Assembly (NCBI GenBank): GCA_016699265.1
Contig: CP064967.1
Coordinates: forward strand, 60,001 to 92,000
Length of the DNA stretch: 32,000 nt
From: Candidatus Saccharimonadota bacterium
Lineage (GTDB): Bacteria > Patescibacteriota > Microgenomatia > UBA1406 > GWC2-37-13
Direction of reading: 5' to 3'
Shown one piece after another: positions 1 to 8,844 of this stretch. Position numbers and translations under genes: made by a program. Under the pieces are notes generated by a model that made no database searches, was not told the DNA's origin, and was given only the letters and a program-made list of their open reading frames with translations. How positions within the stretch are numbered: the stretch's first letter is position 1; every line of letters begins with the position of its first letter.

Positions 1-1
1 G

Positions 2-895
2 ACGCTTTGCTTACTGATCGTAATATTTTGTCGTGTTCAAGCTCCAGTCGAAGCACAACGACTTGATCTAGCAGTCGCTCCCCCCAATATTGAGTTATTA
101 ATTAAACCTGGAGTGAGAATGAGAGTGCCGTTTACCATAACGAATCGATCAGATGAGATTAGTCTTATTCCACTAATAAAAACCTTCGCTATTCTAGGTG
201 ATGGGAAGTCTGTAGAGTATGGATCGGCGGAAGGCCTCCCGATTAAAGCGTCATTCTACGATGAGAAGTCAGAGCTTATCAAAAGTATAACCATTAAAAA
301 TGGTGAGGTAAAAAAAATATTTGTGGACCTTAATGTTCCAAGCTCAATTTCGGAAAGGGATTACAGTTTGGCCTTTATAGTTGAAACGCAACCAGAGCTA
401 TTGGATAAGCAGTATAGCGCAAGAATTAAGACTCAAATTGCGTCGTCCATATTAGTTACTATAACGAAGTCAGGAAAAACACAGGCAAAAGGAACTATTG
501 ATGTGTTTAAAGTTGCGAGAAACATAGTTGATAGTTTTGATTCGGTCCCCATGACGTTACATGTTATAAATCAAGGGAAAAACGTCGTATACGCAGGTGG
601 AGCGATTACTGTCCGTGGGTCGTTGGGGGAGAAGGTGATATATCCACTCGAAAGTCATAATATCTTGTCTCATTCAGGTCGACTCATGGTTACAAAGCTT
701 TCAAAAGACGAGTTTTCGATAGTTCTTAAGGGATTTTTTATAGGTCGATATAGTGTAAGTGCCGCCGTTACATTGGCCGATGATACTGTGCAGCTTAGTA
801 GATCGACAAAATTTTTTGCATTTCCATTCAAAATAATTTCCGTTGCGATTTTGGGTTCACTGATTGGTCTGATCCTCTTAAGGAATAAGAGATAA
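2..895 (+). CDS. Secreted/membrane-anchored protein of unknown function, 5' end cut by the window edge
   Basis: The frame of the listed 113..895 ORF has no stop codon back to nt 2. The upstream residues (..LCLLIVIFCRVQA/PVEAQRLDLAVAPP) look like the end of a signal peptide. The body is beta-rich, and the C-terminus has a hydrophobic helix ISVAILGSLIGLILL followed by RNKR. Confidence 0.6.
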   Translation, partial: TLCLLIVIFCRVQAPVEAQRLDLAVAPPNIELLIKPGVRMRVPFTITNRSDEISLIPLIKTFAILGDGKSVEYGSAEGLPIKASFYDEKSELIKSITIKNGEVKKIFVDLNVPSSISERDYSLAFIVETQPELLDKQYSARIKTQIASSILVTITKSGKTQAKGTIDVFKVARNIVDSFDSVPMTLHVINQGKNVVYAGGAITVRGSLGEKVIYPLESHNILSHSGRLMVTKLSKDEFSIVLKGFFIGRYSVSAAVTLADDTVQLSRSTKFFAFPFKIISVAILGSLIGLILLRNKR

Positions 896-897
896 TA

Positions 898-906
898 TGT
901 TACAAT
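898..906 (+). promoter_or_regulatory. Extended -10 element TGtTACAAT upstream of the second secE ATG (914)
   Basis: The hexamer 901-906 overlaps the first ATG (905) and ends 7 nt before ATG 914. There is no Shine-Dalgarno sequence. Confidence 0.4.
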
Positions 907-1123
907 GTTGGCTATGGCTCAGAATCAAGAAGCTGCTGTAAGAGCAACAATGTTTGATGGACTACTTAGCGAACTTAAAAAAGTTTCATGGCCTACTCGC
1001 AAGGAAACAATACGTCTTACCGTTATCGTATTATTGATATCCTTGATTATTGGCGCATATGTGGGTATAATTGATATTCTTCTAGCTAAGGTATTAGAAA
1101 TCTTGACAAAAACAACAAAGTAA
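905..1123 (+). CDS. secE: Preprotein translocase subunit SecE
   Basis: 72-aa protein with the VSWPTRKET motif followed by a single TM helix (LTVIVLLISLIIGAYVGIIDILL). It sits directly upstream of nusG, the conserved bacterial order. ATG at 914 (MAQNQ..) may be the real start. Confidence 0.85.
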   Translation: MLAMAQNQEAAVRATMFDGLLSELKKVSWPTRKETIRLTVIVLLISLIIGAYVGIIDILLAKVLEILTKTTK

Positions 1124-1135
1124 TTTTATTTTTTT

Positions 1136-1762
1136 ATGGATATAGATAAAAGTGCAACCGATGTCGTTGATGCTACTTCTCCCGAGATTCCTCAGGAAGT
1201 TCAGGAAGTAATTGAGGTTCAGACTGACCTTAGCAACGATCCGAAAAAATGGTATGTGATTCATGTGAAAACCGGATATGAAGGTAGGGTAAAGTCTGCG
1301 CTCGAGCAGAGAATTAAGAGTCTTGGAGTTGAGGATCGAGTTTTTGAGATTACGATCCCTGTACGAGAAACAGTGAACGTCAAAAAGGGTAAAAAAACCA
1401 AGGCAATGGAAAAAGTCTTCCCAGGATATGTCTTAGTAAAGATGATTCTTGATGATGATTCTTGGTTAGTGGTAAGAACCACCGAGGGCGTTACTGGTTT
1501 TGTTGGAGCGGGACTTAAGCCAACCCCAATAAGCAATAGGGAGGTCGACGCCATAATGAGGTTCGTGCAGCAAGAACAACCCAAGTTTAAGACCAAATTC
1601 TCAGTCGGAGAGGCAGTTAAGATTATTGAAGGTCCTTTTGCAGACTTTCTTGGAACTATTGAAGCAATTGATGATGAAAAAGGTAAAGTGCGCGTTTTGG
1701 TCTCAATTTTTGATCGAGAAACTCCGGTTGAATTAGATTTCTTACAGGTTGTGAAACTATAA
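1136..1762 (+). CDS. nusG: Transcription termination/antitermination factor NusG, with ~35-aa acidic N-terminal extension
   Basis: [15 protein letters not shown] start, FPGYVLVKM, and a C-terminal KOW region ([31 protein letters not shown]). Lies between secE and rplK. Confidence 0.95.
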   Translation: MDIDKSATDVVDATSPEIPQEVQEVIEVQTDLSNDPKKWYVIHVKTGYEGRVKSALEQRIKSLGVEDRVFEITIPVRETVNVKKGKKTKAMEKVFPGYVLVKMILDDDSWLVVRTTEGVTGFVGAGLKPTPISNREVDAIMRFVQQEQPKFKTKFSVGEAVKIIEGPFADFLGTIEAIDDEKGKVRVLVSIFDRETPVELDFLQVVKL

Positions 1763-1766
1763 AAAT

Positions 1767-2192
1767 ATGGCAAAAAAAGTAAAGACAATTTTAAAACTAA
1801 ATCTCGCAGCAGGAGAAGCAACTCCAGCGCCTCCAGTTGGTCCAGCACTAGGTCAGCATGGAGTTCCTATCATGGACTTCATCAAGGAATACAATGCTAA
1901 GACGGCAGGTCAAAAAGGCCAGGTCATTCCTGCGGTGATCACTGTATACGAGGATCGTAGCTTTACATTCGTAACCAAGCTTCCTCCTGTTTCTGAGATG
2001 ATCAAGAAAAAAGCAGGAATCACAAAGGGCTCCGGTAAGCCAAATATGGAGAAGGTCGGAAAACTAACGAAGGCTCAGGTAGCTGAGATTGCAACAGAAA
2101 AACTAAAAGATTTAAATGCGTATGATGTCGATCAGGCTTCTCGAATTGTCGCAGGTACTGCGAGATCGATGGGCGTAGACGTCGAAGTATAA
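1767..2192 (+). CDS. rplK: 50S ribosomal protein L11
   Basis: Canonical L11 sequence ([31 protein letters not shown]), 141 aa, in the expected synteny. Confidence 0.97.
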   Translation: MAKKVKTILKLNLAAGEATPAPPVGPALGQHGVPIMDFIKEYNAKTAGQKGQVIPAVITVYEDRSFTFVTKLPPVSEMIKKKAGITKGSGKPNMEKVGKLTKAQVAEIATEKLKDLNAYDVDQASRIVAGTARSMGVDVEV

Positions 2193-2233
2193 TTTTTAGT
2201 TCTTATTTTTTAGTTTTTAATGCATTAGTGTAA

Positions 2234-2287
2234 TTAGAAATTAGAAATTAGAAATTAAATAAGAACTTAGAAATAAAAATTTAGAAC
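2234..2287. repeat. Heptamer array TTAGAAA x3 in tandem (2234-2254), with further copies at 2267-2273 and 2281-2287 (TTAGAAC)
   Basis: Read directly from the rplK-rplA spacer. It is flanked by an inverted copy: tagttcttattt at 2197-2208 versus aaataagaact at 2257-2267. Confidence 0.8.
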
Positions 2288-2297
2288 TAACGAATAT

Positions 2298-3095
2298 ATG
2301 GGAAAAATAAGAACCAGAGTAATCGGCTTAGAAGACGTTGAAAAGGAACAAAAAAAAGAGCAGAAAAAGCGCGCTCAAGAAAAAAAGATTGTTACCAAAA
2401 CCGCACCTGAGCAGGAAGAGATAAAGGATTCTACTGCAGAAGTGTCAACTGAGGCTGTTGAGAAACCAAAGAAAATAAAGAAGGTCGTTATAAAGGAAAC
2501 TAAGAAACGTACGCGAGGTAAAAATTATCGAGGAGCGAAGGATCAAGTGAAGCAAGAAAAGGTCTACGCATTGGATGAGGCAGTCTCGATATTAAAGAAG
2601 ATCAAATATGCAAAGTTTGACGAATCTGTAGAACTTCATATTAATACTACAGCCGAAGGTCTGAGAGGCGAGGTTTCTCTACCTCACTCTACCGGAAAAA
2701 CAGTTCGAGTTGCGATTGTGGACGATGCGCTTCTCGATAAGCTTGCAGAAAATAAGATTGATTTTGACATCCTGGTTTCACATCCATCATTTATGCCCAA
2801 ATTAGCCCGATACGCGAAGGTTTTGGGTCCAAGAGGATTAATGCCTAATCCAAAGACCGGAACCATCTCTCCTAAGCCTGAGGAGATCGCTAAGAAATTT
2901 GCAGGTGGACTTATGAAGTGGAAAAGCGAGGCGAAGTTTCCCATCGTTCACCAGATGATTGGAAAAGTTTCATTAGACGATAAGGCCATTACTGAGAATG
3001 TTCAGACATTTATCCAAGCAGTTGGACCAGCTAAGATAAAGGAAGTCTTCATTAAGACCACCATGTCTCCAGCACTTCGAATCTCCGTTTCATAA
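2298..3095 (+). CDS. rplA: 50S ribosomal protein L1 with ~70-aa Lys/Glu-rich N-terminal extension
   Basis: The L1 core starts near aa 75 (YALDEAVSILKK..KFDESVELHINT.., VLGPRGLMPNPKTGT). No in-frame ATG lies between 2298 and the core; an alternative GTG is at 2442. Confidence 0.92.
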   Translation: MGKIRTRVIGLEDVEKEQKKEQKKRAQEKKIVTKTAPEQEEIKDSTAEVSTEAVEKPKKIKKVVIKETKKRTRGKNYRGAKDQVKQEKVYALDEAVSILKKIKYAKFDESVELHINTTAEGLRGEVSLPHSTGKTVRVAIVDDALLDKLAENKIDFDILVSHPSFMPKLARYAKVLGPRGLMPNPKTGTISPKPEEIAKKFAGGLMKWKSEAKFPIVHQMIGKVSLDDKAITENVQTFIQAVGPAKIKEVFIKTTMSPALRISVS

Positions 3096-3108
3096 TATTA
3101 CGTAATAT
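3095..3108. promoter_or_regulatory. Perfect 14-bp palindrome ATATTACGTAATAT after the rplA stop, overlapping the -35 position of the next promoter
   Basis: Self-complementary when read on both strands. Function unknown; it could be an operator or a weak hairpin. Confidence 0.35.
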
Positions 3109-3117
3109 CTTCCAGGC

Positions 3118-3126
3118 TGATATAAT
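3118..3126 (+). promoter_or_regulatory. Extended -10 promoter element TGaTATAAT, 10 nt upstream of the ATG at 3137
   Basis: Consensus TATAAT with a TGn extension and no Shine-Dalgarno sequence before the ATG. The predicted transcript is leaderless or nearly so. Confidence 0.5.
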
Positions 3127-3136
3127 CAATTCGTCT

Positions 3137-3706
3137 ATGAAATACTTCGGCTATGGTGCAAATAAAACTGCAGAGATGATGTCTGCTATTACGGGGAAAC
3201 CAATCGAGCAATTAAAAGGTGTTCCTGTTGTTTTAAAAGGGTATGAGCTTGGAGTTCAACGATTTGATCAAATACCAGACACTATGATGGTAGGGTCCAT
3301 GTTACCCGTACCGGTAAAAGAAATAATTGGAGGAGCATGGTCAGATCCAGAGTCCTTTGAAACGTATGTAATTCGACCAGGTGAGGGAGAGGTCCTCGGA
3401 ACAATGTGGGATTTAACAGATAGAGATAGAGCTTTGGTTCGTGACTGGGAGCTGGTAGGAGATTGGTACAAAGAGCAGATGGTGACGGTTACAGATGAGG
3501 AAGGACAGGAAGTTGAGATCCAAACAGAGATATTGGGCTATGGCCAAGATCTGGACCGAATAGTTGACGGAATGGATTACCCACCATTTCTCAGGGAGTT
3601 AAGCGAATTTCAAAGAGTTGCAGAAGGGGCGAGAATGCAGTTTCTGGAGCGGAATGGTCTATCGCAAGAAGGAGCGATTCCTTCAGAGGATATTTCTAGA
3701 TCTTAA
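3137..3706 (+). CDS. Gamma-glutamylcyclotransferase (GGCT/AIG2)-like fold protein
   Basis: The N-terminal YFGYGANK..MM..ITG and then LKGYELGV resemble the YGSN/YGTLK start and the following strand of the GGCT/AIG2 family. It is homologous to the two proteins at 8845-9950. The family call comes from motif memory only. Confidence 0.5.
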   Translation: MKYFGYGANKTAEMMSAITGKPIEQLKGVPVVLKGYELGVQRFDQIPDTMMVGSMLPVPVKEIIGGAWSDPESFETYVIRPGEGEVLGTMWDLTDRDRALVRDWELVGDWYKEQMVTVTDEEGQEVEIQTEILGYGQDLDRIVDGMDYPPFLRELSEFQRVAEGARMQFLERNGLSQEGAIPSEDISRS

Positions 3707-4466
3707 ATCTACTTTTTGCAAGACTGAGGATGATTTTTGCCGCATCATCTAAATTACAGGTCTCGCTTATTTTAATAACCAAGTCGTAGTGATGAGCTTT
3801 GCGTTGGTCATGGTTATATAACGATTTATTAAATTCATTTCGCTCTGCATCAATCTTATCGATGAGCAACCTTGCGCGTTTTTCCGAAATTTTCTTGAAC
3901 TTAATAATTGTCTTAACGCGGTCTTCCATATCGGCTATTATTCTAACCTTGAGCGCTGAGGGAAAAAGAAACTGAGCCCCTCGTCCAATGATAATTGCAT
4001 TACCTCTCAAACCGATAACTGACAAAATCTTAAGAAGGTGTCTTGAGTAACTACGGAGCGTCATGTAGCGCTTACCAAAGAAGTCTTCGGTCAATTCTTC
4101 GATAAGAGGTACATGCTTTTCGTCGATCTCTCGAATAAGCTTCTTTTCAAGACGCGCTTCCTTCGCAATCTCATTTACGATTTCCTCATGAAAAATTCTC
4201 CAGTTTCCTCCAAGAATAGGAGCTAGTTTTTGAGCTACGATGCTTCCTCCTGAGCCGTATTCACGCGAGATAGTAATGATTGGATGCCTGTCTCCTGCTC
4301 GACGATTTTTTATAAAGTCTTCAACTTTAGAGCTAAGAATGTTTCGATTTATAAGCTCAAACAGTTTTTTCATAGGATCGGAAAATTTTGCCTCAATTAT
4401 CTTAGTCTTTAATTGCAATAATGCAAGTGATTTTATAGCATTAAGTAATGCAGCACGATACGACAA
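3696..4466 (-). CDS. Cytidylate kinase-like family (P-loop) protein
   Basis: ITISREYGSGGSIVAQKLA matches the signature of the cytidylate-kinase-like family. The real start is probably the internal Met at 4373 (MKKLFELINRN), which would remove the 5' overlap with the divergent gene. Confidence 0.75.
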   Translation of the reverse strand: MSYRAALLNAIKSLALLQLKTKIIEAKFSDPMKKLFELINRNILSSKVEDFIKNRRAGDRHPIITISREYGSGGSIVAQKLAPILGGNWRIFHEEIVNEIAKEARLEKKLIREIDEKHVPLIEELTEDFFGKRYMTLRSYSRHLLKILSVIGLRGNAIIIGRGAQFLFPSALKVRIIADMEDRVKTIIKFKKISEKRARLLIDKIDAERNEFNKSLYNHDQRKAHHYDLVIKISETCNLDDAAKIILSLAKSRFKI

Positions 4467-4945
4467 CCGATTTTTGGAAATACATGTCCCAAAAACAGAA
4501 GGACTTAATTCATCAGGGCGACTTCATTCGCCACGAGGTAATTGAGGAGGGAAAGTTTAACTTCGATGACTATGCCTTCATGGTTTTTCCATACGCAAAA
4601 GCATACGAGGGGTTTCTGAAACAACTTTTCAAAGATATCGGATTCATTTCAGAGTCAGACTATTTTTCGGATCATCTGAGGCTCGGTAAATTAATGTCTC
4701 CTCATATGGTGGGTAAGTTAGGTGATGAATCGCTCTATAAGAAATTGGTCGATTTTGGAACAAGAGATTTGGCAGAAAGAATGTGGACTTCTTGGACCGA
4801 AGGAAGAAATAGAGTTTTTCATTACTTTCCCCACAATCTGGAGGCGATTACGCTTGAGGAGGCTGAGCAAAAAAAGGATATGATACTCGACACAATGATG
4901 TATGCGTACGAACAGCTATATCCATCAGATAGTGCTAAGGTATAA
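4448..4945 (+). CDS. Hypothetical alpha-helical protein, possible HEPN-like Rx4H motif
   Basis: 165-aa ORF with coding-like composition. It contains EGRNRVFH (R-x4-H) in the C-terminal third. No family is firmly recognised. Confidence 0.6.
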   Translation: MQHDTTTDFWKYMSQKQKDLIHQGDFIRHEVIEEGKFNFDDYAFMVFPYAKAYEGFLKQLFKDIGFISESDYFSDHLRLGKLMSPHMVGKLGDESLYKKLVDFGTRDLAERMWTSWTEGRNRVFHYFPHNLEAITLEEAEQKKDMILDTMMYAYEQLYPSDSAKV

Positions 4946-4947
4946 AT

Positions 4948-7359
4948 GTGATAAATATGCAGGGACTTTCTTCAGATCAAGCAGCGTTACTTCTCAGAGA
5001 ACATGGGCGCAACGAGATACCACATCCGAAAAAGCCTTCATTGGCGCTTAAACTATTCCAACAGTTAAACAGCGTTCTTATTTATCTACTTATTGCAGCG
5101 GCAGGACTGTCATTTTTTGTTGGAGAAAAGGTGGAGTCTTTTTTAATTCTCGCAATCGTCGTTCTTAACGCGGGCGTTGGAGTATATCAAGAAGGTAAGG
5201 CTGAGGAGGCTGTAGAGTTGTTGCAAAAATTCTCAAAAACAATAGTTAGAGTGTTTCGTGATGGTAAGGAGCAGGAGCTTGATAGTGCGCTACTAGTCCA
5301 CGGGGATATAGTATATATAGAGGATGGTTCGAAGATACCTGCAGATGCAGTAATCGTACAGTCTCAGGCCTTAGAGCTCAATGAGTCTTCTCTCACCGGA
5401 GAATCTCTATCTATTCCTAAGAATAGAGGCGAAGAGGTTTTTATGGGGACGATAGTTGCAAAGGGACACGGTCATATCAGGGTAGAAAAAATCGGAACTC
5501 ATACTAAGTTTGGAGGTATTACCAAAAATCTGTCCGAGGTTGAGAGAACCAAAACTCCGCTGCAGTTAAAGTTAGAGAGTCTATCGAGACTCATAGGCAT
5601 TATTGGTATTGCGATGTCTGTCTTTGTCTTTGGGCTTTCGTATCTTCAAGGTAACGGCGGATATCTCGCATTTCTTCTTGCTATTTCCTTGGCAGTAGCG
5701 ATCGTACCGGAAGGATTACCTGCCGCGATGACCGTAACACTCTCAATAGGAGTAAAGGCGATGGCAAGACGCAAAGCAATAGTTAGAAAGCTTTCTGCAA
5801 TTGAAGCATTGGGAAATGTAAACTTAATCGCTACTGATAAAACAGGAACGCTTACGACTAATCAGATGCGCGTGAAGGAGCTCTACGTTGAGAAGGATGA
5901 AAATCAGAGACTGATACTCTTAAACAGTGTTCTATGTTCAACTGCTTCGTTAGTCAAGATTCACGATCATGGCTCTTACGACTTTCTTGGTGATCCAACT
6001 GAGGGCGCTCTTCTACTATATGCTCAAGAACAAGGTCTGGATGTCGAACGGACTCGTAAGGAGTGGAAGATAGAAGATGAGGAGCCGTTTGACTCTGTAA
6101 CGAAACAGATGTTAGTTAAGGTCAGAAAGGGTGGAGTTGAACATATACTTATTAAGGGAGCTCCAGAGACCGTGCTGAAAGAACCGCTCAGTCCAAAGTT
6201 CAAAAAAACACTGAACGACTGGACAAATAAAGGATTCAGAGTAATAGCATTTGCAGATAAAAACGTAAACTTAGGTATCGTGGCACTCTATGACCCACCA
6301 AGACCAGAGGCGCGAGAGGCGATTGAACGATCGAGGAAGGCGGGAGTAGAGGTGGTCATGGTGACCGGAGACAATGCGCAGACAGCAGAGGCAATTGGAG
6401 TTCAGATAGGACTACTTAGAGAGGGTGAAGAAATTGTGACCGGGTCCCAGCTTGATGCCTGTTCTGACGAAGAGTTATTAACCAAACTGGAAAAGATTAG
6501 AATTTTTGCACGAACTAGTCCTATTCAAAAAAGTCGTATCGTCTTTCTTTACCAAAAATTGGGGAAAATAGTCGCGGTTACAGGTGACGGCGTCAATGAC
6601 GTTGTAGCTTTAAAACGGGCAAATGTTGGGATCGCTATGGGATTAATTGGTACTGACGTAGCGCGAGAAACAGCCGATATAATTCTTTCGGACGACAACT
6701 TTGCAACGATAGTAAACGCCATCGAGGAGGGAAGAAATATAGTTCAAAAACTCAGTAACACAGTTAAGTATTTGCTCACAACCAACTTAACTGAAGCTGC
6801 CGCTCTCATAATTGCTTTGACTGTAGGAGTGCCAACTTTGTTTCACCCGATTCAACTTTTATACATAAATCTTGTCTCCGACGGTTTGCCTGCGATAGCT
6901 CTCGCTTTTAGCCCGGGAGATAAAGGAGTGATGTCGGAAAGACCTGAACGGGAAATTACTATTTTTTCACGTTTCGACACTATTTTTATTTTTGTGATTG
7001 GAATATTCGGGTCAATAGTTGTTCTTGGCTCTTATTACGCATTTGTTCAATTTGGTGAGAGTTATGCTAGGACAGCTGCGTTTACAGTTCTAGCTCTAAC
7101 ACAGTCATACGTCTTTGTGGATATATGGCTCTCACACAGATCATTTGTCAAAAATATAACTCTACTTCGTTCGGGGATGTTCATAGTAGCATTTTTGTCA
7201 CCATTTGTACTCCAGTTCATCATGCTTAATGTGCCAGCATTCGCAAAATTGTTTGGCCTTCAGTTGGTGTCATTTAATTTGTTTATAATAATGGTCGCTT
7301 TATCCGCATGTGCTACAATTGGGATCTGGTTATATAAATTAATTTACAAACCTTCATGA
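4948..7359 (+). CDS. Cation-transporting P-type ATPase (type II, Ca2+/Mg2+-like)
   Basis: DKTGTLT phosphorylation motif, TGES, TGDN, GDGVNDVVALKRANVGIAMG hinge, and multiple TM helices. ATG at 4957 is an alternative start. Confidence 0.95.
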   Translation: MINMQGLSSDQAALLLREHGRNEIPHPKKPSLALKLFQQLNSVLIYLLIAAAGLSFFVGEKVESFLILAIVVLNAGVGVYQEGKAEEAVELLQKFSKTIVRVFRDGKEQELDSALLVHGDIVYIEDGSKIPADAVIVQSQALELNESSLTGESLSIPKNRGEEVFMGTIVAKGHGHIRVEKIGTHTKFGGITKNLSEVERTKTPLQLKLESLSRLIGIIGIAMSVFVFGLSYLQGNGGYLAFLLAISLAVAIVPEGLPAAMTVTLSIGVKAMARRKAIVRKLSAIEALGNVNLIATDKTGTLTTNQMRVKELYVEKDENQRLILLNSVLCSTASLVKIHDHGSYDFLGDPTEGALLLYAQEQGLDVERTRKEWKIEDEEPFDSVTKQMLVKVRKGGVEHILIKGAPETVLKEPLSPKFKKTLNDWTNKGFRVIAFADKNVNLGIVALYDPPRPEAREAIERSRKAGVEVVMVTGDNAQTAEAIGVQIGLLREGEEIVTGSQLDACSDEELLTKLEKIRIFARTSPIQKSRIVFLYQKLGKIVAVTGDGVNDVVALKRANVGIAMGLIGTDVARETADIILSDDNFATIVNAIEEGRNIVQKLSNTVKYLLTTNLTEAAALIIALTVGVPTLFHPIQLLYINLVSDGLPAIALAFSPGDKGVMSERPEREITIFSRFDTIFIFVIGIFGSIVVLGSYYAFVQFGESYARTAAFTVLALTQSYVFVDIWLSHRSFVKNITLLRSGMFIVAFLSPFVLQFIMLNVPAFAKLFGLQLVSFNLFIIMVALSACATIGIWLYKLIYKPS

Positions 7360-8012
7360 AAGTATATTTTGTAAGACATGGCCAAACGTTCGGCAATTTA
7401 TCTGAGGTGCATCAAGATCATTCTGATGAACTGAATGAGCGTGGTGTTCGACAGGCGAAAACAGTTGCGAAGCGTTTTGAGAGCATTGATCTTGACTGCA
7501 TTCTTTCAAGTGATTTTTCTAGAGCTCGAGCAACGGCAGATGAGATTGCACAGATTGTTGGAAAGGAAGTCGAAGTCACCGAGCTTTTACGAGAGAGAAA
7601 AAGACCAAGTGTGTTAGTTGGCAAAAGATATGATTCCGAGGAGGTTTTGAGTACGGTAAAGGAGATGGAGACTAAAAAACATCTGCCAGATTATCATCAC
7701 TCCGATGAGGAAAACCATACGGAAGCTCTTGAAAGAGCGCAAAAACTTCTTCGATTTTTAGAGCAACGCAGGGAAGAAAATATTGTAGTCGTTACTCATG
7801 CAACGTATATGCGATTTATCTTAACCTGCATTGTCTTCGGAAAAGAGGCGACAGTACAGCAATTTGAGAAGATATATGATGCGTTCAGAGTTCATAATAC
7901 CGGTATCACGGTCTGTAAATTCGGAGAAGGTATGCGTGGTTTGTATAAAAAAGAAGATTATTGGTGTGTTATCACATGGAATGATCATGCCCATTTAGGT
8001 GAGTTGAAATAG
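7356..8012 (+). CDS. Histidine phosphatase (phosphoglycerate mutase-like) family protein
   Basis: N-terminal VYFVRHGQT (RHG motif), SSDFSRARATA, and a later VVTHA motif. ATGA overlap with the ATPase stop suggests an operon. Confidence 0.85.
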   Translation: MKVYFVRHGQTFGNLSEVHQDHSDELNERGVRQAKTVAKRFESIDLDCILSSDFSRARATADEIAQIVGKEVEVTELLRERKRPSVLVGKRYDSEEVLSTVKEMETKKHLPDYHHSDEENHTEALERAQKLLRFLEQRREENIVVVTHATYMRFILTCIVFGKEATVQQFEKIYDAFRVHNTGITVCKFGEGMRGLYKKEDYWCVITWNDHAHLGELK

Positions 8013-8017
8013 TACAT

Positions 8018-8839
8018 ATGGTAAAAAATCAATTTATTCCCATTGCATTAACGGTGGTAGTTTTCGGAGCATTATGCTCTCTTCTATACGGCTTTATTCT
8101 TCTATTAAATCGTTTTACGGGAACCGACATTTTGTTGCAGGTGAGATGGGGTGATGTTTTGGTCGGTTTGACGATCTACTTGAAGACATCGGTGGACTTC
8201 GCTCTTCTGATTGGAAATCTTATGGCTGCGTATGATGGTGTAAAAAACAGAATAGCAATAGAGATTGGTACTGCGGTGGGGAATGCACTTGGGACATTAA
8301 TCGTCTTGACGATATGGAATTTTTTTAGAGATGTTGAGTGGCTTCTTGCTTTGATGATATTTATAGCCGCCTTAGTCTTGTTGAGGCTTGCTCAGGATGG
8401 ATTCGAGCATGTACATCAGTGGGATGCAAAATTTCCGAGCTGGTTTAAGACTTTCTCTGGCGGTCTGGAATCGACATTAACTAAAATTAACAGCTTTGTT
8501 GCTCCTGTTCTTAAATACATAATTCCACATCCAACACTAAAACCCACAAAAGGACTTACCTTTATTGGTCTTTTCGTTGCTTCATTCACAATTCCATTCA
8601 TTTTAGGCCTTGATGATTTTGCTGGCTACGTTCCACTTTTCTCTATTGTTAATGTATTCGGTTTTGCTATCGGAGTATTTTTAGGTCACATGGTTCTAAA
8701 TATGGCTCTTTTCATCTCACCTAAGAAAACAATCACGGCTGTCAAGAATCCATTAATCTCATTTGCGGGAAGCATCGTATTCATCGGTCTTGCAGTCTGG
8801 GGTTTCTGGGAAGTCTATAAAATTTTATTCCTACACTAA
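8018..8839 (+). CDS. Polytopic integral membrane protein, unknown function
   Basis: About 7 hydrophobic segments. Two similar motifs (TSVDFALLIG and LGLDDFAGY) hint at an internally duplicated transporter-type fold. Starts 6 nt after the preceding gene. Confidence 0.7.
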   Translation: MVKNQFIPIALTVVVFGALCSLLYGFILLLNRFTGTDILLQVRWGDVLVGLTIYLKTSVDFALLIGNLMAAYDGVKNRIAIEIGTAVGNALGTLIVLTIWNFFRDVEWLLALMIFIAALVLLRLAQDGFEHVHQWDAKFPSWFKTFSGGLESTLTKINSFVAPVLKYIIPHPTLKPTKGLTFIGLFVASFTIPFILGLDDFAGYVPLFSIVNVFGFAIGVFLGHMVLNMALFISPKKTITAVKNPLISFAGSIVFIGLAVWGFWEVYKILFLH

Positions 8840-8844
8840 GAAGT

